Origin: Pelomyxa schiedti
Lineage: Eukaryota; Protista; Evosea
Assembly (NCBI GenBank): GCA_020536535.1
Contig: JAHLWZ010000807.1
Location: 62,001-126,000, forward strand
Length of the DNA stretch: 64,000 nucleotides
Reading direction: 5' to 3'
Part shown: in pieces, positions 11,408-23,400 of the stretch
How positions within the stretch are numbered: position 1 is the stretch's first letter
Layout of the letters: every line of letters starts with the position of its first letter
Translations under genes and position numbers: made by a program
The notes under the pieces: model-generated
Seen by the model: only the letters and a program-made list of their open reading frames with translations
What the model was told of the DNA's origin: nothing
Databases searched by the model: none

Positions 11408-13869
11408 ATGATGCACGGGGGTGATGGTGGCACCGGTGGCAGCGGCAGCGGAGACGTAAGTGTTGCGATGTCCAATTCTACGGCGGTTGGATCTGCGAGG
11501 GTTTTGGTGGTTGGTGCGGGGGGGATTGGCTGCGAGCTAGTTAAAGATCTGGCGCTGTGTGGGTTCAGGGGCGTAACTGTTGCTGATTTGGACACCATTG
11601 ACTTGAGCAACTTGAACCGGCAGTTTTTGTTTCGCAGAAACCACATCGGCTCGTCAAAGGCAAAGGTAAGCTTGTCCAAATTCAAAGGGTGGAAGCTCCA
11701 ATTTCCTTTCTTTTCTTAGGCATTCCGTCTCGCATTTTCCTGTTCTTTTTTTTCTTTTCTCCCTCTTTGTCTCAGTACTATTTCGCTTTAAGCTTTGTTT
11801 TAGAACATTTTTCTTTAAAATTCATTGGTTCCAGGTTGCGTGTGAGGCAGTGAATAAGATGAGACCCAGTGCAAATTTTGTACCACTTCACACAAACATC
11901 AAATCTCCTGACTTGGGTGCCAACTTCTTCCAAGAGTTTGACTTGGTGATCAACGCACTGGATAATCTTGGTTAGAATTACGTCTGTGTGCTTTGTTTTA
12001 TTCATCCAGTCAGATGCCAGAAGGCATGTCAACAGGTTGTGTGTGTCGCTTGGTAAACCCCTTATTGAAAGTGCCACTGAGGGTTACCTGGGACAGCTCA
12101 CGACAATCCTTCCAGTAATAAACTGCCTGCTCTCCCCGAGCTGATAGATTGTAGGGCGAGACTGAATGCTTTGAATGTCAACCCAAGCAAGCACCAAAGT
12201 CGTTTGCTGTTTGTACAATCCGTTCCAATCCTTCCGAACCAGTTCACTGCATACACTGGGCAAAAATGCTTTTTGGGTTAATTTTTTCCACCCTTGTGCA
12301 TTCGCTTATTCTTGTTAGCCATATTTGGGGTGTGCAAGATGACTCTAATGCTGTAACTGACCTTACAACCATTGTTTCACAACCTGGTCAGTCTCCTACT
12401 AATATGGCACTTGCTATATTTGACAAGGCAAGTTACTTTCGAATTATAGGTTTGCTAAACCGTTCTCCAAGGTATTTAACAAAGACATTGTGACTCTCGC
12501 CTCAATGGATAAACTGTGGACAGGACGGAAACCACCAACTCCTCTTGTTTTTGATGAGGTGGTATCAGCATCATCCACTAGTTCATCCTCTCCTACCGAT
12601 TTACAAGCAGTGTGGAGCATTGCTACGTGCTGTCACAAATTTGTGGAAAGGTTTTGCCTTGTACTCTTGGGGATTTCCACTAAGAAGTTCTAGTGTTGTG
12701 GAACTGGCGGCCTACAGTGCAACACTATCACAAAAACTAGTCTGGGACAAGGATCATCCAGCCTCACTTTGCTTTGTCACTTGTGCTGCCAATATAAGAG
12801 CTCACATCTTTGGCATCCCTATGCAGAGCCAGTTTGATGTCAAAGGTTGCCCCCACCCTCTTTCCTTATGGACCCATATTCTCTAGCTGTTGCTGGAAAT
12901 ATCATACCTGCCATTGCAACCAGCAATGCAATAGTAGCTGGAATGGTTGCGATTGAAGCCATGAAGGTTGTCACTGGTAACAAGGCTGCCTGTAAAATGG
13001 TAAGCCAAAGAAATCAAGGCTACTAAGTATACCAGTAAAATACATATTATCTCAGACTTTTGCTCTTCCCTCTCTGCCCTTTCCCTCATCCAAATTCTTT
13101 CCTAGCTTGGGAAGAATACCGTGGGGTGTTTATTAGAACCCCCAGGTCCACCCCCTCTTTCATAGAAAAAATACACTTTTAAACCTACAAATGAAGTTTT
13201 AACTCTTTGAAGGTTTTCCTTCGTAGATACCCTGCCAACAAACAATTCTTCCTTCCTTCACGGATTTCTCCTCCAAATCCGCGCTGCTTTGTATGCAGCC
13301 ACAAGTGTATTGACTTGCGCATTGACACGATTGCGTGCACACTTACACACTTTGCTGAAGCAGTTCTTAAGCGAATTTTATCATTCAACATGCCTTCTGT
13401 AATGAAAGAGAGCACGTGCGTTGTAGTATTTTTCAGCTTCTCCTCACCCTTTTTTCCCCAAGTATCATTTTTGAAACCGGGGACGATATGGACGAATATG
13501 AAGCTGCGAACTATGCAAGACAAAAAGTGAAGACACTTCATCAAGTTGGCATTGTGGACAACACCCTTCTAACCGTAGAAGACCTAACACAAGATTTTAC
13601 ACTCGATATCCACATTGTGCACACGTAAGCACAACAACTAAGCAACACAGTACCAATAATCAATTCCACAATACAGGAAGTTCGCACCAGTTGAGGGTGA
13701 GGATGACAAGCTGTTTGAAATTGATGCCGGACAGGTTCAAGTACCTGAAGCAAAACCAACAGCAGCAGCAACAACTCCCGCTGTTGCTCCCACTGTCTCA
13801 ACAACTACAGAGGCTGATGACGATGATGATTGTTGTGTTGTTGTTCTCCCACAAAAGAGGAAACATTGA
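11408..13869 (+). CDS. UBA2: SUMO-activating enzyme E1 subunit 2 (SAE2/UBA2), multi-exon
   Basis: '[20 protein letters not shown]...[17 protein letters not shown]', '[11 protein letters not shown]|[10 protein letters not shown]', '[12 protein letters not shown]', catalytic '[33 protein letters not shown]', '[14 protein letters not shown]', '[17 protein letters not shown]', zinc pair 'PNPRCFVCS', and a C-terminal '[17 protein letters not shown]'. Confidence 0.95.
12428..12471 (+). other. GC-AG intron in UBA2
   Basis: AAG|GCAAGT...CTCCAAG|GTA restores '[19 protein letters not shown]'. Unspliced 44 nt shifts the frame, and the nearby GT donor gives an immediate stop. Confidence 0.8.
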
Positions 13870-13905
13870 AATAAGAGAACCTTTACATTGCAACATTCAT
13901 TTTTT

Positions 13906-16083
13906 TTATTTTGTCTTTTTGTTTGTCCAGTAGCCAATGGGCAGGGTTGTGGAACTTGGGCGAATCGTCAGAGTTCCATCAGAGTTCGAGGTTAGAGTTC
14001 CGTAGATAGTGCCACTGTTGGAAAGGGTAGTGATGAGACTCTCGGCAGTTACAACCCAAGTGGAGCTGGTATCCACGGTCACAGTGATATTGTTGTACCC
14101 GTTGTAGTAGAGCTTGTTGGCCACTTGGGCAAGGCTAAAGTACTCATTTATCGTGAAGTATGTGTTCTGGTAGGAAACCCAGGATTCACTTGCTTTTACC
14201 TATGTGGCTCTGAGTGCGATGTGAAGTTTTCCTTATTGAGCATACTTGGGCGTTTTTAATTGCTAAGCTTCCTTCGTATGTAACATGAATTGTGGCAGTT
14301 GCAGCAATAGCAGCATTCAATGTTGCCCCGTTGGAGAGTGTTACTTCCAGTGAAGGAGCTTTCTGCCCATAGTAACCAGCACCGTGGTAGATATCACCAG
14401 TGACTGTAACGGCGTCAAGAGTGAGTGAGGCTTTGTTGTCAGATCCCGCGGAAGTTGGAGCCGGCCAACCAGCTGCCTCGGAATGGAAAGTGTTGAAGGT
14501 GATAGGACTTAGATTAGAAGTTCCTGTTGTAGTATCATCGTTGTCCATTACCTGCTCCCACTGGTCAGAAATATGAATGTGTGTAAAGATTTATTCCACC
14601 TGCATAAGAATGCCATTGCCAGAAGATATAACGGAGCCAGAGGTGACACTGTACGAAGCAGAACAGCCCGTCATTACCACGAAGGTTGTCCACCCAGTTG
14701 TAACCACAGTTCCTCTTTCAATTACAACTGATGAATTGAATTCATGCGCGGCGAATCCAAAGGTGTCAGACAGAAGTGTGCTGACTTTGCTTTCCGTTGC
14801 TGTGTAAGTCTTTGAAGCAGATCCATAGGCGTCGTAAAGAACATAAGTTTCTCCTGCTACGAGGTCTGTCCATGTGCACTTACCACCAGTTAATACAGCG
14901 CACTGTGTGCCAACGCTTAAGGTTACTCCGTACCAATGAGTTATTGCATCTCCAATGAGGTATGTGCCATAGCCAGAACGGTTTGTATAGGGATTTGGGG
15001 TTTGAAAAGGAACAGTCCCGTCTGAATTGGCCTGTTGCATAGGATAATCTGCCCCCAAGAGTGTAATCTTAGTATTTACGACATTCATCACGGGGTTTTC
15101 TGGAAGGTCGATTGACAGAACTGCCCACTGTGCAGCAGCCACTTCTGAATCTATCATATGCAGTGTTGGATAATCTCCTAGCAACAATACAGTTCGACTA
15201 GTCCCCATGACACCTTAACATTTGGTTGGTGTGCACAACGAAAGAAGGGAAAGAATAAAAACCTAGAGTCCAGGGAGCAGCGACCATAGAAGATTCTCCT
15301 GCATTGTTTACATAATCGCTGTATAAGGTTCCACCCCAGCTGGTAATCTTGCTTTTTTCTACAGAAACTATGCCCCCTGAGTCCACAAATATAGCAGATT
15401 TCGCAACTCCTCGCGTATAGATTGTAGTGTTTGTTATGGAGAGCTTTGTTCCTCCAAACACAGCTATTCCTGCTCCGAGACCAGTGAAGTCACTCGTATC
15501 CTTTCCGTCAGCAGTTGTCACGTCTTCAATTACCGCATTGGAAAGGCTGTAAGCGGCTCCAGAATTCAATATGACAGAGTTGAAACCACTAAACTCGGAG
15601 TAGAGGTCGACGGTAGAGCTTCGCTTGATACAATCAAAAACAGACTTGGCTTTCACACACCCGGTGGAATCAAAGTAGTAACCAGGGCGGTATGCATAAA
15701 CATCCCTTGTCGCTGACTGCTCCAACTCAGTAAGGGAGCCAATTGTGCCAACTGCTGAAGTAGTCACACTTGTTACTTTGCCGGTTGTACAAGCAGAGCC
15801 ATCAGTGGAGCTGATTGGAACTCCGCTGCATAGATATGTGATATATGATGTAGGTGGTGTATATAAGGTGGAATTTGTTCTTTCTGGCACCAAGGAAGAA
15901 TTATAATGCCGTCTCACCTGGAAAGTGAGGTTGGTCTGTCACTAAGAAATGAAACCATTATTACGTGGCAATGAGAGGGGAAAATACATGTGAGGAGGAC
16001 TCTGAGAGAAAGCATAGAGACAACAGAAAGAACAAGGAAAGGTGAATGTTGTGAATGACAGCTCTCGCCACGACGTGTCTCAT
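13906..16083 (-). CDS. Secreted bacterial-type right-handed beta-helix-like protein of unknown function, multi-exon
   Basis: Signal-peptide-like start MRHVVARAVIHNIHLSLFFLLSLCFLSESS. Long T/S/G/V-rich beta-strand exons: 'SDFTGLGAGIAVFGGTKLSITNTTIYTRGVAKSAIFVDSGG', 'MVAAPWTLG|GTSRTVLLLG', 'AAAQWAVLSID', 'NPYTNRSGYGTYLIGDA', 'DTSSTWVVTAESLITTL'. The product assignment comes from pattern recall, not a search. Confidence 0.7.
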
Positions 16084-16853
16084 TGCAATGCCAATGCCTA
16101 GGGGATATTCTGGTATTTCTTTATCTTTGTTTGCTTATTTGGGGCACCACTCCCCCACTCTTTACATTCATTTCCGGAGATCGCAACGCATGTTCAGCAT
16201 TGTGTGTCAGTTCCGGTCATTTTCTACTTTTTTTTTACCAAATGAGGAACGCAGGTACACCTGTTTCCGTAGGTTTCCGTAGTCTCACTAATGTCACGAA
16301 ATTGCACACAACGTGTCCGAAATGCCTTTCGCTAACGTGAGGCTTATTGATGACACAATTCCAGCAGTGGTGTCGTGCTCGAACAGTCTTCAAAGGTGAT
16401 AGATTCCTTCCTCTTCTGGTGACACGAGCGGAGGATAAGACACCACAATATCCTTCCTCATAGTACGTAGTAAAAAATGCTGGTTCCTTTCTGATTTGTG
16501 GTAACAGAAAAAGGAGCACACAACAAAAAGTTTCAATCACAAGACTGTTTGTGGTGTGGGGTAGAGTTTTGTTGGCAGTTTTGGAAGTAATGACTGCAGT
16601 CTGGACAAGGTTCCATCCAGGAGATATCCCCGAAAAACTCGCTATCTCCCACGCTGCTACGCCGACAATGTGCACACGTCCCCAGCACATTATTGTGTTT
16701 TTCGTTTGTTAGCAACACGAGAAATTTTCTGTGCTCCTGGGCAAAACTAGGAGATCCGATGTAGAATCTGCTTAAGTTGTGGTACTTGGAGGACTCTGTG
16801 AGGCGTGATAACATTGATGAAGAAAAATTGCCTGTTCTTTTTAATAAACAACC

Positions 16854-19800
16854 TCAAACAATAATACATAGGGCCAAAACGAATAGTAACAGAATGGGGA
16901 GTGTGGAAGCAGCCTTTGGGGCAGAGTTGGAATTGGAGCCAGACAGTACCACTACATCCACAACAATGCAGGAATCTGGGTCAGTGTGCTGTGTGACCTT
17001 TTTGGTAATTGTAATTACTTTTGTATGCTTGTTGTGAATTAACATACATTGCCTTGGTATAGATCGCTGTTCTCATCAATAACAATATCCTCCATAATGA
17101 GTATTACTTCATCTGTTGTGAAATCCACACAAATAATTGTGAAATTGACTGAGACATCAGTCATTATCACAGTTATTGCTGATGTGCCAGTTTCCCTCTT
17201 CTCACCGGTGCATGAGGAATCCATTCTCAATGAAATAGAGTTCACATAAACATAGTCTGAGCTAGTTCCCAAAGCAGAAGCTATGTCTTGGGAAAACTGA
17301 GAACCAAAGGTAGATGGCAAGGTGGATATGCACTCTGTATTATGTTAGCGTTCCGTGGGGTGGCCAAAACTGCTCACCAGAGAAGACCAATTGAAGGCCA
17401 AAGGTGACTCTTGGTTCATCTGAGAGCGTTACATTCCCTCAAGAAAGACACTAGTAAATACCTGGTTGCTTTACACTGCTACACACGTCAGACCAAATCA
17501 ATGCACTAGTGCCGGGGAAACACCCCCGGGCACAGTCCCGCGATGGTGGCGGAATGCCGGGTCCATAGCAAACAGTGTCTATATAGCATGAGCCGGCGCT
17601 CACACAAGAGCAAACTGCCGCGGGTTTTGGGTCAATCCTGTTACAAATACAATTGGTAGGAACTGTAGCACAATCGACGCAAGCGTCAGTTAAGGTACTT
17701 TTTGTTGGTAAGTAAATTGTGAAAGGGTGTTACAGGAACAATACCAGTACGGAATCGTAGAAAGCTTGCTTGTTTCCCCGTACACATAGGTTGCTTCTAG
17801 ATTTCTATTGTTACAGGTTAATTGTTATTAAGCAGTAGTTGAATTAAAAAATTACAGGGTTTGTAAGTAACCAAGAGCGGACAAAGAAGAAGGGATTGTG
17901 CCTCCAATATCAGTATTACGAAGTGAACTGCACAAGTAAAGTTACTTTACTTGCTTAAGTGAAGAGAAATACAGATCACGCAATGATGATAAGTTCCCAA
18001 AAGTTTCTGGTATTGTGCCAGAAATATCGTTCTGCTGGAGATGACTAGAAAAATCAGCCAAAGTTATAATTGTATGTTGGTTACAGAATTTGTAGTTTAC
18101 TCATGTTCCCAATCTCCAAGGGTATTGTGCCTTGCAGACTATTGTCATTGAGATAAAGTGCTGTTAGTGATGACAAAGAGGAAAAGCAGGCAGGTATTCC
18201 TCCTGTGATATTGTTTACTGAGACATCTCTAACACTGTAAGACTAAACAATAATTTTTCAAAAATACAGGTTCTGTAGCATTTGAAGCAAGCAGAATGTT
18301 GTAGGTATTTGGCTATCAAAGTGATTCCCTCCAAGGTATCTTCAGAAAAATTAGGGAAAGAAAAGGAAATGCAATACTACAAAGAATTAATCTGTGTAAG
18401 GCTAGACAAAGCTGGCAGAGAGCCAGAAAATGAGTTTTCTCCAAGATTTCTTGTTCAATTAAATAAAAAAAGAAAAAAAAATAGCTATTTACATGTATGT
18501 GAGGCTTGACATTGAAGAGAGGGATGCAGGGATTGTGCCACGAATCTCGTTTTGAAAAATAGACCTTTGTTGCATGAGCACGAATGGGGGACTAAAGTCC
18601 TTACAGGGTAACTAGATTTGACAGGTTTGAGATAGATTCTGGCAGGCTGGTCAATCCATTATAATCGATTACTCTTTTGTTTTTTTTTTGTTTGGAAAAA
18701 AATCACTGGAGTGAAAATCGTACAAGGTTCTCAGCCCTGTGTTCACCACAGTGACGTTAGGAAATGGCCCAGAGAACGAGTTCGTGCTAAGGAGACTGAA
18801 AAAGAATTAAAAAGAGGGATAGAGGTCTTTTCAGAGAAACATTTCATTTGCAGGAAGACGAAACAGGCTGGAAGGTATAGTTCCCGTAAAGTTATTTTCC
18901 CGCAAGTCTCTGGCACACCTTAGCGCATACATGATGTTGTGAAGATAACATACAAAAACCAAAGGCTTTGTGCATTTCCAAAGGATGTTGGGATTGAACC
19001 ATGGATTTTGTTTGATTGCAAATCTCTGAAAAAAAAAATGGTTACATTGCCAGTGCATTAGAATGGACATGCGTACAGATCAATGAGTGACCCAATAAAA
19101 TGGAAATCTGGCATGGTTCCTGTTATCGCGTTGTGACACAAAGAACTACTCAATAATGAGCTTTCAAACGTATTGAACAACATACATGCGCTGAAGGAAC
19201 GGAAGGGGCGCCAGTGTATCGAGTGTACCTCCAATCCAGTTGTCATTGAGAGCTCTAGAGATTATCAGTAATAAAATTGATTTCAATGTGCACACAATGT
19301 CCGTAGGTTCACAAGCTGTGATAACGTAGTAGGAATTGTACCCGAAAGAGCACTGTTACTTATCCGCCTTTGTAAGAGACTGCATTTAGAACAAGGAGAA
19401 AACGAAGTTGGCCATACAGCAGTTGAAGGGTGGTGAGATTCCCCAGGGAGTCTGGAAGCGGACCAGTAATGCCACAAGCAAAAAAGACCCTGACAAGAAT
19501 GAGAGGAGTTCCAAAACCAGAGGGAATCAGACATTTCTGTGATGTTTCCAAAAGCTGACACACATGACGGCAGTGATCCCACCATGGGTTCATAAGATAA
19601 CTCCCTAAATTAAACACGCAGGGGTGTGAGTTTCATTACATAATCATTCTGAAATAATTCAACTCCATAAGCAACACATTATTTAGAACAGAATAGAATA
19701 GAATACACACAGTTTCATCAGATGATAGTCACTCCAACAAGTCACCCCTTTTAGGGGCATATCACACGCAGTTGAAAATGTACAGGGATTAACAGAAACA

Positions 19801-19964
19801 TTCCCCCAGCCGGTCACACCCATAAGCTTCATTTGGCAAAGGCAGTCCGCCTCCATTTGCCACGAGTCCCTTTTGGCCAAAATTGCGCTGCAGCATTGAG
19901 CCCCGAGCACGACGGCAACGGCTACTACAACGGCTGCAGCAATCCCACAACGCGCACACGGCAT
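16854..19964 (-). CDS. Cell-surface extracellular LRR protein with Cys-rich and SEA-like stalk and probable GPI-anchor signal, many small exons
   Basis: Signal peptide (MPCARCGIAAAVVVAVAVVLGAQCC) and an LRRNT-like cap 'CLCQMKLMGVTGWG...NPC...GVTCW'. Plant-type LRRs: 'ITGPLPDSLGNLTTLQLL', 'NSALSGTIPTTLSQLVNLRTL', 'ENNFTGTIPSSLFRL'. Cys-rich segment ~17500-17640. C-terminus 'SGSNSNSAPKAASTLPILLLFVLALCIIV*'. Confidence 0.8.
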
Positions 19965-20445
19965 CACGTGCTTGGTGTTTTTATATTAGTTAGTAATTTG
20001 TGGCCAAGGGGCACACTATGAGTGATTCCCTTTTTCGATTTTCCGTTTGGCGACTTCGAAGGCACGCCCTACTGCGATCTATTACCATCTAGTGATATTA
20101 CCGGCTCTTGCACGTCCCTTAGGTGCAATTCTTTGATCGTTACACTAACGGAGATGAGGCTCACTAGTGTCCCTTCCGATCTGGGCGAAGAAGATCATTG
20201 CTGCGTGAGGGTGGCCGTTTTATGCCGTGGAGAAGTGCAGTTTCGTTACGGCATTTGTTGTTACATAAAATCAAAATTTGGTGTCTGCCGGCAAGGGACG
20301 GCACGGAGTGTCGTTGCCGGAATCTGCGCATGTGCCTTCGCTACAAATAAGCATGCGGCATGCTGTGCAACAAAGAATTGTGGTTCCGGCTGTGCAAGAA
20401 TTGTTAAAGTTCCATATAGGGCATAAAGTGAATTTGAATTTGGGC

Positions 20446-23400
20446 TTAAGTACCTTTCATGAGAGCACTGCATATAGCACAAGGAATGTCATTGTCTGTA
20501 GTGGATGGAATGAAGTTGTGTGATTTGTTTTCATTGGTATGGGCTGTGGCTGCTGTAATAGTTGCTGTGTTGCTGTGGGAATGCACGTGGGCGTGGACGT
20601 GGCTGTGGCTGTGAGTGCGGCTGTGACTGTGACTGTGACTATTGCTGCGGTTGCGTGTTGTGCCCTGCAAAAGCACCGAGGATGAAGCGCTTGGTCGTAG
20701 CTTTTGGAACGCTTCGTGAGTTGGGGATGTGTCTTGATCACTGAGAGCTCCGGGATCCATATCCTCGGACTTGGCGCTTGCGGTGGAGTTGCGCCTTCCG
20801 CTTGTTTTTGATCCGCGTTCACTAGAAGATGCATCTTCAGTTGAACGCGGGGTGACTCTTGGTGATTCCCTTTCCATTTCCGGTATGTTCAGCGCTGGAA
20901 TATTTAGTGGAGGGCCACCCTCTTTGTCTCTCCGTTGTTTTCTTTCTTCTCTTGCTTTCTTTCTCTCTTCTCTTGACTTCCTTAGTTCTCCAGTTGGTCG
21001 AAATTCCCCTTCGACGTCTTGGCCTGGGCTTCTGCTCTCAAATGATTCCTGCAGTCCCTCAACTCTCTCTACTTGTCCAGTACTGAGTCTTCTTTCAGAT
21101 CCCCCAATGGCTCTTTCAATTTCTTCTGCTTTTCTTCTAGCATCTTCTAGGCGGTTGTGCTCCCCTGTCATATCTTTGCCTGATGTGGAGAGCGGATTGT
21201 GTATATCCAAAGTTGACTCGTCTTTGTGTTCAGTTTTTATAATGTCAATTTCGTGCTTTGAGTGACTTCGGCTCCTTTTTTCCTTTTTAAGTTCCGGTTC
21301 AGGGGAAGTATCCGGTGTTCCATGAGCCTCGGGAGGGACAAACGCAGGGACAGGATTTAATTCTCGGTCATCACCGTCTTTATGGGTTTCAGTAGCGCAC
21401 GAAGGGTCACTCTTCCTGTCACTGGGTGGAGGTGTTTTCTTCCTCGAGAGTAGTAAAAACGAACCTCCTCCAACGGAAGTTTGGTTCCTAGACTTCGAAC
21501 TACTGAGGCTAGGAGAGCTTTGAGACGGAGTTAACTGGGAGATGTGTGACCGAGAAAGCTTCGGGGATTGGGTCCCAGTCTGTTCTGGCGGGGTATCGGT
21601 GTTCCTGGGGGATAGGGAGGAGCTAGTTGATGGCGGTGGTGCCAGAGAGTTTGAAGGTGGTGCTGCTGGGCCTGATACCGACATACTTTTACTGTGCCCA
21701 TGTCGAAGTGAAAGAAATGTTGCAGCACGACGAACTTGTGATAATGACGAAGGTGATGAAGCAGAGGGTGATGTAGGCGAACTAGAAAGTGATGCATAGC
21801 TAAGACTAGGGGCTGTGAGCCCATTGAGTAATGCTTGGGCCTCAGGACTTAGTGGGAGGGGTTGTTTTACATGCTCACGTGGGGAGGTAGGCGGGGATAT
21901 TCGAAATCGGATGCCGCTATCCTCCTTTACACAAGAAGTAATGTTTTCGGCAGAAGGTGCTCTCCGTCGAGTGGGTGTTTCAACTGCAGCCACTACTGGG
22001 GCGGATTTAACATCCTCTTCTGGAAAAGCTTGTATACTTTATTAGGAGTAAGATAAGGGGAGGGGCTAACGTGGGGGTTCTCCAAAGGCATAGCAGCCAA
22101 TTCCAGATTTGGGATGAACGAATGTATAAAACAAAAGTCTTCTGTATGTCACCAAAAAAGTAACAGTACGGAAAGTGTTACCTTGAAAAATAAAACATCC
22201 TCGTAATAAAATAGCCTTTGAGAGAGATTGTCTTCACGGAAGTAAAGTTCACTGGGTGCCAAATGATAATTGAACCTTCTTGGTCACATGAACACATATA
22301 ACTACGGAGAACAATGTAATAGGCTTCTTTTAATCAGTGGGACTACCTTTCACATGGTGTAAGCCAGGTGATGTCCGCATCATGGCCTACAAGAGTAGCA
22401 ACTATATTCTACAAAGAGTCAATAGGCACTGTAAACAACTCCCTTACTTTTTTATCGCAATCAAACACTAATATCTTTGCTTTACTAGCTGCCCATACAC
22501 GCTTATTAAGATAAATGCATGATGAAAACCGAGCGGCAATATCTGCCAATACTATAGACAAAGAGCAGGGAGGAAGTAAAAATAACCTGTTATCGATCTC
22601 TGAGTAGTCATAGTTAAAGCATCCAGAATAACAACTTTATTCCAACATCCGACCCATACAGTGTCGTCACAGTCACATAAAACCATGAAGTTAATGTTTA
22701 CGGTTTTGTCAAATGTGACACGGTTAACAACTTCACGCGTCTGAGGTACGTTATTTGGCATTCACATGGTTTTGAGATACCGAAGGATCAACTGAAACAA
22801 TTGTATATTCAGTTGGGCAGGAACTCCAAACTCGTATGGTGTCCTTTGCCGTTACTAACAGAAGTTGGGCTATAGATTGTTTGAACCCATGGAGAGGAAG
22901 TTCTTCTTTTTTTGTCATAGTCTGAAAGAGATGAATTTGAAAAGAGTGAAAATGAGGCGGACCTGTAAGTCGAATACTATTACAATACCCAATTCAGAAC
23001 TGGCCCAAAGTTCGTCCTTTACAAAAATTATGCTATATATCCTTGTTTTATGTTCCAAATCTAGATTTGGCCCTAGGGAAGAGCCTTTACTTTTTGTTAA
23101 GTGCCGCACAGTCCCATCTGCAAAAGAAAACTGGAAGAAATTAGTACAAAGACAAATAGAGGGAAACAACCCACAATGCACCCGCATTTTCAGTGATGCA
23201 CCAGGACTTAGCTTCATCATAGACTTGCCACAAAGATGAAACCTCTGGCAACTCGGGAAGCTCAACACCTAGTTTGGCAGAAAGATTCAGTACCCTGTGA
23301 GAAGGTTTAAAACGAACGTGGTTCCTCTTCTTTTTCTTCCATCGGTCTGTGAGGCAGCTCCAGCATGTCCTCAAGCTCAGAAGTCAGGCTTTCAGCTGAA

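Noticed and set aside
16100-16850. Several overlapping short ORFs (for example 16533-16814 minus with two CxxC pairs; 16235-16690 minus), intron-like segments, and an ATATCCTTC at ~16449 suggesting an AT-AC intron
   Set aside because: No splice path gave a recognisable or long protein, and the AT-AC model lacks a good branch point. Left unannotated; a small gene cannot be excluded.
17508-17533. Near-perfect GC hairpin GTGCCGGGG-AAACA-CCCCCGGGCAC
   Set aside because: It is short, lies in a Cys-rich coding exon of the LRR gene, and has no supporting context.
20022-20426. 134-aa Cys-rich plus-strand ORF
   Set aside because: It starts at GTG, has no family motifs, and lies in the ROCO 3' UTR / LRR promoter gap, so it is probably spurious.
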